Shown: one piece after another, positions 53,141 to 64,000 of the stretch
Layout: the number at the start of each line of letters is the position of its first letter
Numbering within the stretch: position 1 is the first letter of the stretch
Source: Paraspadella gotoi
Taxonomy: Eukaryota; Animalia; Chaetognatha
NCBI GenBank assembly: GCA_051294375.1
Contig: CM119268.1
Coordinates: 1,346,213 to 1,410,212 of the forward strand
Reading direction: 5' to 3'
Length of the DNA stretch: 64,000 bases
Position numbers and translations under genes: made by a program
The notes under the pieces: generated by a model
Database searches by the model: none
The model's input: only the letters and a program-made list of their open reading frames with translations
Told to the model about the DNA's origin: nothing

Positions 53141-53439
53141 GGCAATTAATCCAAATTAATTAATTGACGGCGAAAATAAGCAGTTGGTTTTGATTGGCTC
53201 GATTTTGATTGGTTCGATTTTGAATGGCTCGATTTTGATTGGCTCGATCTAACGGGGAATCGAGATTGAAGACGAAACTCATCGCGAGACGAAAGCGACG
53301 AATATCCAAAGAAGATGAAATCGAAGAATAAAAAAAAAGAATGATGACGACGACGATGCACTACGATGCACTGTAGCTTTTAACGAACATTTTAATGAAT
53401 AGGACAAAGAAGAAAAGGACGAACAGATGACAAAGGCAA

Positions 53440-53680
53440 CGAAGAACAGGCGACGACAAAGACTAAAACAAACAGCGACCGATGAAGGACTAATACAAAC
53501 ATGGCTGACCGCATGCAAGGACTCAAACGAACAGGCGACGATGAAGACTAAAAACGACGGCAGGCGACTATGAAGGCCTAAATACGAACAGGCGCACCGA
53601 TGAAGACGTAAACAAACAGGCGACGATGAAGACTAAAACAAACAGGCGATGATGAAGACTAAAACGAACAGGCGACGACG
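53440..53680. repeat. ~27-bp minisatellite GGCGACGATGAAGACTAAAACGAACA
   Basis: About 8 degenerate units; mirror ~36190-36440. Confidence 0.8.
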
Positions 53681-53776
53681 GCGGCGACGACGACGGCGAC
53701 GACGACGGCGACGATAAACACGAGAACGATAATCGAGATAACTAAGCAAACGACGTCCGAGGGGGATGACTGTCGG

Positions 53777-53817
<41 letters not shown>

Positions 53818-53905
53818 ACGTCGATGAATGAGACGAAACCTTCGAAGTTGCCTCGTTTTCGTTATATTCGCTTCTGCTCACGATTTGGACGAGCACGACG
53901 ACGAC

Positions 53906-53971
<66 letters not shown>

Positions 53972-54486
53972 CGTGCGATTACGAAGATCAGAATTATCTT
54001 TTCAAAAATTCTTCTCGCCCATTGTTGTCGTTGTTGTCGTTGTCGTCGTTGTTTTCTTTGTTGTTTTTGTTGTTGTCGTTGTCTTGGTTGTCATTGTTGT
54101 TGTCGTTGTCAACCAACGATGTGCAGCTGACGAAATCTTTTCTCTCTTTTCCTTTTAAGTTATTTTCCTCAGATTGATTCGATACGGAGTCTTCGCGTTG
54201 GGAAGCTGTTTGTTGTTTTTGTAGTTGTTGTTGTTGTTGCTGTTGTTGTTGTTGTTGTAGGGCTTTGAATGCATCACTGTAATCGAGCTGAGATATCCCT
54301 GTTGTTGTTGTTGTTGTTGTTATGATGTCGACGACGACGACGACGACGACGACGATAGTTCGATAGTCATCTTCATCATCGACATCATCATCATCATCAT
54401 CACCCTTATTTTAAAGTTTAAGCTTCGATAAAAACAACAAGGCTGATAATGATGATGATGACGACGACGACGACGACGACGACGAC

Positions 54487-54532
<46 letters not shown>

Positions 54533-54774
54533 CCGATGATAAGGATGATGATGATGATGATAATAATGAAATTTTTAGTTTTTTGGAGTAAAACAGAATC
54601 AGAATTCATTCCTTTTTTCCTCTTCACTTCTCCTTTGATTATAGTTTCTTCAAAAAGGGACGTTGTTGTGGTCGTCGTCGTTGTGGTCGTCGTCGTTGTG
54701 GTCGTCGTCGTTGTGGTCCTCGTCGTGGTTCTCTTCATCGTCGTGGTCGTAAAAGTTTTCAGCGGTGAAGTCAA

Positions 54775-54962
54775 TGTTTTTCAGTCTGTCGGTCTGTACA
54801 TTAAAATGCTCACAACTCGCCTTTAGTCGGTTGCTCATTTGTTAAGACAGAAAAAAACCTCAAATCTAAGTGACTGCTAGCGCCACCTTCAGGAAATCTT
54901 AAAACTATGAAGAATAAAATACGAGCTAAGAAAGTCACTGCGGCGCAACACATTTGAATTTC
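54775..54962 (+). mobile_element. HINE-like family fragment (noisy mirror copy at 34915-35090)
   Basis: Reverse complement of 5145-5335 (GCTCATTTGTTAAGACAGAAAAAA...AAGAAAGTCACTGCGGCGCAACACAT). Confidence 0.6.
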
Positions 54963-56506
54963 CCTTCTTATTTTTTTTCTTTTTTTTTTCCTTTCATCCC
55001 TCTTTTCTTTTTTCATCCTCGTTTATTCTGCTTTTCCTCTTTTTTATATTTTCCTTTTTTTCTCCAAAATTGTACTTTTTTTTTCTGATAAATTTTCTCT
55101 TTATTTCTTTCTCTTTTTCTGTGTTGCTTTGCGTTTCTTTTCTCTCTTTTTTTTAAAATTATCTTTTTCCTTTCTTTTCCTTTCTTTTTCGTTATTGCCT
55201 TTATATCTTTTCCTTGTTCCTAATTTCTTGTCATTTCCTTCTGTTGTTTGTCTTTTTTTCTCCATTTCTTTCTTTATATTCTCTTTTCTTTTCTTTTCTT
55301 CCTTTTTTTTTCTTTTTTACTTTTATTTCCACTCCTTTCTTTACTTTCTTTTTTTTCTTACTTTTCTTCCCTTCTTTTCTTTCTCTTTCTTCTCTTTTCT
55401 TTCCTCGTCCTTAACTCTCTTTTCCTTTCTTTAGCTCTTCTTTTGATATATTTCATTTCCTCACTTCTCTTTCCTCTCCTTTCTCTTTTGTCCTCCTTTT
55501 CCTTCCCTCTCCTTCTCTTTCCCTCTCCTTTCTCCTTTCCTTTCTTCTTCCTCCTCTGTCTGGTCGAATTGATGGAGAACCCAGTCGCTCGAGAGAGGAG
55601 AATCGTTCTTGCGCAGAAGCAACTGCGGTTTTATTCTCAGTTAGTTTTTAATGCGAGCGTCGGTCGCGTCGTCGTCGTCTCGTCCGTCGTCGTCGTCGTC
55701 GTCGTCGTCCGTCGTCGCGTCGTGGCGTCTCCGCCGACTGCATATGTCGTCTTTTTTCTCCTGCAGCAAAGTCGTTGCTCGTAAAAAGCGTCCCGTGTTC
55801 GGCGTTGCGTTCCGTCAGAGAACTTTCATGTTGCATTTTACTGGTAAAACTATTACTTGACTGTTGCATTGTTGCAGTGTTTATTTTAATTTTATTACTT
55901 CCAAGTACATTAGTCACTCCCGTGTTAGATCCAGACAAATGTTAATCCCAATTTCAGTTGCAATAAATTTACTTGACGAAGTTGACTATAGTAGCGAGGA
56001 TGCGTCCTTGTCATTCTAATCAATGGCTCTTGAAAATTTTTAAAGTTGTAATAATAACCTTCATCTAACTTTTAAAGCTCTGTCAGAATCAATTAAAACT
56101 TTATATAGTAATAAAATAATTTTTAAATGCTTCCGTGCGCTTATTAATAAAAATTATCTTCATTTTCATACTTCTCTCACAGTCGCAGTCACCATTATCT
56201 ATTTGAGAGAACTTCTAGTTTTCAACCTGTTCCGCCCTATTATATATCGTACTTGTCATTATAATCAGTGCTCTTGTAAATTTGCCCTGCCCCGTAGGAG
56301 TTGCTCTTTTTATCGTCGTTGTTGTTGTTGTTGTTGTGGTTGTTGTTATTTTAATTCCGATGACGCTAACGATTTAGTGAGGAAAACGAAAAAGGGTCGA
56401 TTCTAAAATGAGAGGCGAAGAGTAGATGTCGTTAAGCCCTAACGTCTACTTATTATGCGGCACGACCCGGTCAGCGGGGCCCGTCATTCATTATTATCCT
56501 TATTTA

Positions 56507-57485
56507 CTACCATCTTGGAAAATGAATAAGTCGCCAAATTTTAAAGTTAGTTAATTGTATATTAAAATTTAAATATAACAGAAAAAATGGGTATCAATAT
56601 GTAGTGTGAACTCCCTTGCTCTACACAACTTCATTTATTCTGTTCGGCATTGACTCATAGAGCGACTGCAGGTATTCCAAGGAGAGGTTATCCCAAACTT
56701 TTTTGATAAGTCGTTTCTTGGCTTGCAGAGATGTTGGACGTTCGTTTCTCAGTCGATTTTTCATCTCTGACCACACATTTTTGATCGGATTGAGATCCGG
56801 AGAGTTCCCAGGCCAGTCAGGTAGAAGTTTAACCCTATTTCGGCGATGCCACTCTTTTGTCTCCTTGGCTCTATGCGGAGGGGCGTTGTCTTCCATAAAA
56901 ACTCCACCTCGGACGAATTCCTTTATCTTCACATCCTCCAGAATTTCTCTGTATTTGGCGCCATCAACGCATCCCGAAATGAAGATTAACTTTGACTTGA
57001 CACGGGAAGAGATTGCACCAAACACCATGACCTTTGGTTGCTGCTTAACCGTCTGCAATATGCAATTAGGATGCAATGCTTTGCCGATGCCGCTGCACAC
57101 TTTGAAGATTCACTCTTAGCTGCTTAGATATGGAAGTATTCTTGATACCCGCTTTGTGCAATTCAATTATAGATGCACGTTGATCACTTGTAAAATGCCA
57201 ACGTTGAGGCATAATAAAAAAATACAGTGTAAAATAAAATAAAAATGAAGGAAAAAAATTATTAAAATCTGAAATACGCCAAAGAAAGCAAATTTTTGTC
57301 GATCTCCTTCTTTTCTTTCCTCTGCCCTGACGGCAATTTTAATCATAATCTAACATAAACCGGCTCCATTTGATCGAAAATCGCCAAGCTTTCTGGAAAT
57401 ATAATTTTTTTCTTTCGATTATGTTAAGAAGGTGTTTAAAAATGATCGAGAAGTTTGGCGACTTATTCATTTTCCAAGATGGTAG
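56507..57485 (-). mobile_element. Tc1/mariner-superfamily DNA transposon, internally deleted (979 bp)
   Basis: Perfect 32-bp TIRs CTACCATCTTGGAAAATGAATAAGTCGCCAAA (56507-56538, 57454-57485); TA on left flank, TT on right; encloses transposase remnant. Confidence 0.92.
56621..57110 (-). pseudogene. Truncated Tc1-like transposase (C-terminal DDE region only)
   Basis: VMVFGAIS...FMEDNAPPH...WPGNSPDLNPIKNVW...LYESMPNRI; HTH region and first catalytic Asp absent; expected catalytic Glu reads Lys. Confidence 0.9.
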
Positions 57486-58043
57486 TTCGCTGTTTATTAT
57501 TAAACATTGATTACCATTTAGTCAGTAATTATTGTATTGTACATTTACTATTGTACTTGCTGGCGCCGCCGCCTCCCGGGTTCAAGCGTGGTTTCTCTGC
57601 CAACCTCTTCTCCGGGAGGTGGAGGTGGATGTGGAGGTGGAGATGCTAGTCAATGTCTCTGAGAAATGATGTAAGAAGAATTATCTATTGAAACCAAAGA
57701 TTGTCACAATAATGTGGTCGATGTTGCTGAGGATTAAAATGACGAACAGGATGAATGAGAGGAGAAGGAGGAGGAGGAAGAGCAAAAGATGAAGATGAAA
57801 AAGGAGGAGAAGGAGGAAGAAGAGGAAGAAGCGCAAGATGAATTAATTCTCTTTCGACAGGAAAAAGGCGGAAAAAGAGGAAGGCCACTTTTTTCCGCCT
57901 TAAACATTTCCAAGGATGAAAAAAAAATAATAATTTCCACCCAACCCCCTTTTTCTCCAACCCTTTCGCTGTCACCACCTCATTTTTTTTACCCATAGAT
58001 TCTCACCTACTTTGTCTTACCCCCCCGTCGCTTCCCTCTTCTC

Positions 58044-58264
58044 TCTCACCTTGTCTTTCCCTCACCTTGTTTTTCCCTCACCTTGTCTTTTCCTCACCTT
58101 GTCTTTTCCTCACCTTGTCTTTTCCTCACCTTGTCTTTCCCTTACCTTGTCTTTCCCTCACCTTGTCTTTTCCTCACCTTGTCTTTCCCTCACCTAGTCT
58201 TTCCCTAACCTTGTCTTTCCCTCACCCTGTCTTTCCCTCACCTTGTCTTTCCCTCGCCCTGTCT
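58044..58264. repeat. 17-bp minisatellite CTCACCTTGTCTTT(T/C)CC
   Basis: About 13 tandem units. Confidence 0.95.
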
Positions 58265-58565
58265 GCTGCTCAGTCGGCTCCTTTTCCTCGCTCCTTCACT
58301 CCAGTCCCTGCTGCTTTACCAACATTTTGCTCCTGCATCCCCGCTCCCTCTCCCACCCTCCACCGCTACCTTTTTCCCCGCGAGATGCTCCTGTCTCTCC
58401 GCTCCCTTACCTCGCTCCTCTCACGCTCCACTAATCCCTTCATTTTCCTACCACTTCGTGTCTCTTCCGTTCATTCGAGGGGAAGTCATCTCGGTTCTCA
58501 TTCATGGACAAAATCACTTGGAAATGGAGTCAAGTTTAAATTTTATTTGCCGACACCTAATACCG

Positions 58566-58800
58566 TTTTTAGTTGCGCCGCGAGTGCTCGCGGAGCAACT
58601 CTATAAGTCACTTTTCGGTCGGTCTTTCGGTCGGTATGTCTGTCCATCGGTCTGTCCCACTTATGTTAAAATTTTTTATAATTTGTCTATAGTTTGTTGC
58701 TCATTTGTTAAGAAAGAAAAACAAACCCTCAAATTTAAGGGACTGCTAGCGCCGGCTTCAGGAATATCTAAAACTATAAGGAATAAAAGACGAAATTTTG
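58566..58800 (+). mobile_element. HINE/DINE-1-like element, most complete copy
   Basis: Begins in a T-run, hairpin AGTTGC-CCGCGAG..CTCGCGG-GCAACT, CTATAAGTCAC, (GGTC/TGTC)n microsatellite, then family body; this layout is typical of DINE-1/HINE elements. Confidence 0.65.
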
Positions 58801-59321
58801 ATTCAGTGCATGTCATAAAAACAAGGTCAAAGAAATTTTGTCAGTCATGTCATATCATGTCATATGTGATCAAAGGGAAATACGCATGAATATTAACTCA
58901 CTGCGGAGCAACAAATTGAAATTGCAATTCTTGTTTTTTTGTTTGTTTTTTTTTGTTTTTTTTAAACGTAGCGTCAGGATTAAGCGGCAGACATATACGT
59001 TAATCTATGAAATGGGCGAGACATGGATTGGGACGAGGCGCAGGGCATAAAAGCATGAATCAGAGTTCGAAACAGTCAATAGGACTCGAGACATGGACAA
59101 AGACACAGCCAGACATAGAGGGAGGCATGGTGTCAGACATGCGAGGATAACGCGAGACATTGAGTCGCCAGAATAGACTTTAAATAAATAAAATTAATTA
59201 ATAATGTTAAATAAAATTTAATATGGCATTGGACGTGATACAACATGCTTCGTACCAGAATCGATTTATTACATCTTCAGGTCGTAAAAACCAGTCGGAC
59301 TCGTGGACCCGGTTCGAAAAC

Positions 59322-59371
<50 letters not shown>

Positions 59372-60520
59372 TTTATTTCTTTTCGAAACGACACATTTAT
59401 TCTCAGCGTTCGGTTCTGTCAACATTTATTTTATTTTTATTGTTCGCTTAGTACCTTTTTTGTACTTTGTATTTATTTTTTATTTTTAACTGTTTAAATG
59501 ACAGAGATCGAATTTATATTTTTTTTCTTAACAGTCTTATTTAGGCTATCGATAAAAATTGTATTACTATAAATTGTTTTGCTGACCAATTTCAATTCAA
59601 TATATATATTTTTTTAAATAATGCAGTTTGAATATCTCCAAAATTCCTTATCGATTTTTGAAAGAAAAACATTTTTTTTTAAACGAATAAATATTAAAAG
59701 TGTTTCTTATTTTTTTTCCTTCACCGGAAATTAAAGAAAAAGAGAAAACTTCTTCGTGTAATTTTCGAAGAGGCTTCTTTTAGCACTCAGATAGCGAAGT
59801 CCTATTTTCTTTTAGCACTCAGATCGCGAAGACCTGTTTTAAAGAGAGAAGATCGTTTTGTCGTCGAGGAATATTAAGAAGGAGCCAGGACCCTCCTTGC
59901 TTCCCCAGACTCACCGCTTATTTTGAAATTTTAGGATTTTTTAATTGACAATTAGAATTTTCATACGTGACTTTCACTCCGCTTTACTCTTCGGGTTTGG
60001 TCCTTCTCAAGGGAAAAAGGCTTTACCCGGCAGAATCACTTCAGCAAATCATTTTAAATTTTCCAATCCTCACATCTTGGGTTTTCTCTTCCTCTTCTTT
60101 TTCTCATTAATTTTCATTTCGTTTCCTTTAAATTTATTTTCATTTCGTTTCGTTTTATCTTTATTTCATATCATTATATTTTCATTTCATTTTGTCATTT
60201 TTCATTCGCTTCAATTAATTTAAATTAATTTCATTTCATTTCATTGGGGATTAAGAATTGGTGGTTAATTTTACTTTCGCCGACTGGGGGGTTTAGGGTT
60301 AAGGGTGGTTAGGGTTAAGAGGGTTTAAAGTTAGGGTAATTAAGTATTAATTTAAAAAAAATTTTTTTAATATGATGATTATTCGATTATATGTAGAATA
60401 TTTCTTTTATTCAATGACTTTTAAATTGATTTATTCTTAGATACTTGTAGGCACTTACGATCCTGTGATTGTAAATGTGTTTTATTGACATTATGAGCAT
60501 AATAAATCAAATCAAATCAG

Positions 60521-60597
<77 letters not shown>

Positions 60598-60715
60598 GTC
60601 TCTCTCTCTCTCTCTCTTTTTAGATTTCAATCTCCCGCTTTGTATCCGTTTTCACCTCATTAACTTCGCCTTGCCCCTCTTTGCCTCCCCATAGTCCATA
60701 GTTGTTGTTCTTTTC

Positions 60716-60750
<35 letters not shown>

Positions 60751-61536
60751 TCTCTCTGCTCTCTCTCTCTCCCTCTCTCTCTCTCGTCTTCTCATCTGTT
60801 CTTCTCGGTCTAATTCGAGAATTTCAGATCCAATCGCGAGATCGATGAGAGACAGAAGCGAGACAAGCAATAGGCAAGCAATAGACAAGCAATAGACCAA
60901 GCTCAGTGAGGGAAGCGAGAAAATGAAAAGACGAAATTGAAAATGAAGGAAGAAGCGAAATGAGGACGGAAGGAAATTGTGGGATGAAAACTTGGGAGAA
61001 TAAAGAATGAGGAATGAGCAACTGGCATCTTTTTTTCAAATTGAATCATTTTTTCATCCTGTATCATCAAAATAAAATAAATATCTCTTACTAGAATACT
61101 TCGCTGATCTTTATTTTCGTTTTAAACAAGTCGAATATATATATATATATATAAAGTCTCGTTAATGCTTATGCTTAATGCTTATACGACCAATTTATAT
61201 AATGCTTATATAATATATATATATAGTTTACAATGAAGACGTAGGTCTTTTCCCTACGACCCCAATCTGGCCAAACCGAAAGGGGCCATCAGCACCAAGG
61301 ACATTGATGGCAAGTGACCCGAAAATGACGGTGGTGAAGGTCTAAGGTTTTTTTTCAGTCCATTGAATGAGAGCTCGCGTTCAAACAGGTTATAAAAATC
61401 CTTTCAAAAGGCTTTTGAAAACATTTCTTTGGTCTCAGCTCAAAGATCTGGAAGGGAAAACCGTGTTGTAAATTAGAAAGTGGAAAGTCAAAACTACCCG
61501 TTATGGTGGACTAAAATCCACCAACCGGTTATCAGT

Positions 61537-61716
61537 GGCCATTGGTGCAGGAGGCAAGACATTCGCCTCCCAACCCAAAGGTCCGGGGTTCTAGCCCGGT
61601 GGCCGTCTGGCAGTTAAGAGGGACGGGGCGCTTAACCCGCCTGCAACACGGTGTTACAACCTGATCCGAAGCTAAGGGACTGCTTATATTGAACGTTTCT
61701 GTCCCTAACTGATAAC
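61537..61716 (+). mobile_element. tRNA-Gly-derived SINE-like element (head 61537-61604; 3' end approximate)
   Basis: A-box-like TGGTGCAGGAGG, TCGCCTCCCA anticodon-arm remnant as in tRNA-Gly(CCC), B-box-like GGTTCTAGCCC; anticodon stem does not pair; GC-rich body follows. Confidence 0.6.
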
Positions 61717-62037
61717 AATTATTACTGTCTCTTCACCGTTAACAAATCAAACTTTTTATTTATTCCATTTGCATATAGCAGTATAAGTTATTTGTTTGTT
61801 TTTTTATTTATGACGCAATCACTTGTAAGAAAATTTAATTAAGTTAATAAAGTAAACGATGGAAAATGTGATAAAGATAATAACATAGCAGGTTTCTGCA
61901 AGCTTTCAATCAAGACTCTCTCTCTTATATTCAGTTAAAAGTCAAAGGATCTTAAGCTGGATTCAAATCTCTCTTCAGTTCCTATTCAAAAAAAAATGAA
62001 AAAGAAACAAGAGGAAAAGACAATGGGAGACACATTC

Positions 62038-62101
<64 letters not shown>

Positions 62102-63143
62102 GAAAAGATAAAAGACCAGAAGAGGCTGAGTCAAGACAATCGAGAGTCTAACGCTTCGCTGACCACAAAAATGGGGGGAGCAGTTGAGTAGTTGGAAGAT
62201 GGAGACAGAGACACACAGAGAGAGAGACAGAGACAGTGAGACTGGAATTTGAACCGAGAGTGAGTCAGAAAGAGAGTTTAATATACGTTGCAAGGGAATA
62301 TACTATTACGAAGCAAACGATTAATAATTTTAAAGAAATAATAAACGTTGCTATAATTGAATAAGTATAATTATAGATAAGTATAAAAACATTTACGATA
62401 TTGAATAAAGTATAAAGGAAATTTTAAGCGATCAATCTTATAGTAAAAAACTTTCTCTTGTAAAAACCAGAGAACAAATCATGATGAGAAATCTTTTTAA
62501 TTTCTTATGAAATATTGTTTTTAAATAACAAATTTCTTTCTGACTTACCTACCTAGTCTTACTTACTCTCTCTCTTTCTATCCCTCTCTCTCCCCCCCCC
62601 TGTCTCTCTCTCTCTCTCTCTCTCCTCACTCCCTCCCAATTTCGTTGGGTCAGATTCAGTCCCCGTCAAGTTTCTCATAATAAAACCTTTCCTTTTTCTT
62701 TTCTTCTTTCTTCTCCCGGTGAAACTCAATAAGTCACTTTTCAGTCGGTCGGTCGGTCTGTCTATCCATCTCTCGATCCGTTCCACTTACGCTTTACATT
62801 TGCGTTTTCGTTGAAACTTTGCTGTTAATTCATAAACCATTGAACATTAGTTACACATATCTATAATAATCATGTAGTCACGGGATCACTGGGAAATATA
62901 CATGAACTAAAAAGTGAGTGGAGTCGGTGCAACGCATTAGAAAGGCCGGACTTTTTCTTCGTCTTCCTTCTTCTCTGCTTGACGATTCAGCTCCTCAACT
63001 GTTAGTCTTTCTTTCCGATTCTTGTTGTCGTTGTTGTTGTTGTTGTTTTGATTGTCGTCTAATGTTGATCCCTCGTCGATGAGACTGTTTTACTAAATCC
63101 TCGACCGTCAACAACGGACGTGATGTCAGGTTCGCGACGTTGA

Positions 63144-63215
63144 AGCCCTGACGTACACACGCACAGCCCTGACGTGCACACGCACAGCCCTGGGGTGAAC
63201 ACGCAAAGCCCTGGA
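63144..63215. repeat. 21-bp tandem repeat AGCCCTGACGT(A/G)CACACGCAC, ~3.5 units
   Basis: Direct observation, just upstream of the structured element. Confidence 0.85.
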
Positions 63216-63274
63216 TGCTTGGAACGAAATTCGAAATTTTTTGCCACCTTAGTGCAACCAATCATTTCATAGCA

Positions 63275-63531
63275 GTGGAAAAGTCGCTAACTGGGCTGAA
63301 GAGTGCTCTCCGAAACTTGTCGAACCCCTTCGAGCAGCCATGGAAAGGGTCATTGGCTTTTCCACGCCCCCAAGGAGGTTTACGGCCGTTCTCACGCTTC
63401 ACGCAGGGGATTTACCTTACGGGACCGATCCCGGTACCTGATGGTCATGAGCTGATGGGTATTATTCAATGAGCCGTCGGATCACGTCTGAAAGTGTCAT
63501 GATTATAGGCGGGATGAACTTATAGCAATGC
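63275..63531 (+). repeat. Diverged member of the structured element family (matches 18567-18818)
   Basis: Collinear blocks CGCTAA.TGGGCTGA, CCAAGG.GG.TTACGGCCGT.CTCACGCTTC.CGCAGGG, CCCGGTACCT, GTCATGAGCTGATGG, CAATGAGCC, CTGAAAGTGTCATG.TTATAGGCGG..TGAAC. Confidence 0.85.
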
Positions 63532-64000
63532 CAGGTTAAGGTTCTAACAATTTTCTGTTTAAGTTGGTCACACGAAACTGTCTTTAAAAAAAATCTTTAC
63601 TATAGTTTTAATATCTAATAAAGAGAATTTATAAGTATATCATTAGTTAGAGAACTACTGAAAGTTTTTTTGTATAAGTTTATTTCATGTTTTATTTATT
63701 AACTATTCTAGACCATTCTAAGCATTTTCTTGGTCACAGGAAAGAAACATTTTACATCTTAAAAATTCCTAACAATGGTCTAGTCAATGGCGTAGCTGAA
63801 TTTAGGTAACATTTGCTAAATTTTAAGTAATAATTTTTTTAAATTTTTTTTTTTTAAATGTTAAACTTTCTTTGAAAGTTCGTCCAATTAAAAAAAGTGC
63901 TATCCTGAGCAGTTCTTGACTATCGCGAATAATTATTTTATATAATAAAAATTTTAGGTTAATGCTTTAATAAATGGTGTATCCTAATTTCAATACTTTT

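Larger units (their letters stand above)
32520..57130. repeat. Large inverted duplication: noisy arm 32520-~42930, cleaner arm ~45490-57130, ~2.5 kb spacer
   Basis: Landmarks (Tc1 fragment, HINE fragment, minisatellites) occur in mirror order; 32521 ATCTAAGCAGCTAAGAGTG pairs with 57111-57129. Confidence 0.9.

Noticed and set aside
60285-60340. Interstitial telomeric (TTAGGG)n
   Set aside because: Only three scattered exact units in a degenerate G/T-rich patch.
61537-61604. Functional tRNA-Gly gene
   Set aside because: Anticodon and D stems do not pair and the T-loop is altered; better explained as a SINE head.
63296-63321. Minimal hammerhead ribozyme core CTGAAGA...GAAAC..GTC
   Set aside because: Helix I does not close next to the cleavage site (G opposite G), helix III is not palindromic, and the core is not conserved in the related copies near 18590.

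Overview
Eukaryotic (invertebrate-animal-like) draft genomic sequence with AT-rich introns, dense (GA)n/(GAC)n/(GAT)n microsatellites, N-gaps and many long-read-type indels; almost all ORFs in the supplied track are low-complexity artefacts. (1) 1.4-8.7 kb, minus strand: one 10-exon gene for a type I membrane protein: signal peptide - Ser/Pro stalk - C-type lectin - MAM domain apparently interrupted by two kringle domains - EGF-like - about 4 sushi/CCP - calcium-binding EGF - unassigned region - TM - short tail. Many frameshifts, probably sequencing errors. (2) In one intron, a ~740 bp non-coding LTR element (TRIM-like) with hairpin-dense ~250 bp LTRs and a bipartite primer-binding site complementary to nearly the whole 3' half of tRNA-Trp. 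(3) 12-57 kb is largely redundant: a 4.6-6 kb unit present four times and two large fold-back inversions starting at 25-N gaps, most likely gap-filling artefacts. (4) Mobile/repeat content: a defective Tc1-like element with 32-bp TIRs, Helentron/DINE-1-like (HINE) elements, a tRNA-Gly-derived SINE, a structured non-coding repeat family with two diverged members, and many minisatellites. All domain and family calls are by eye from motifs; no searches were run.
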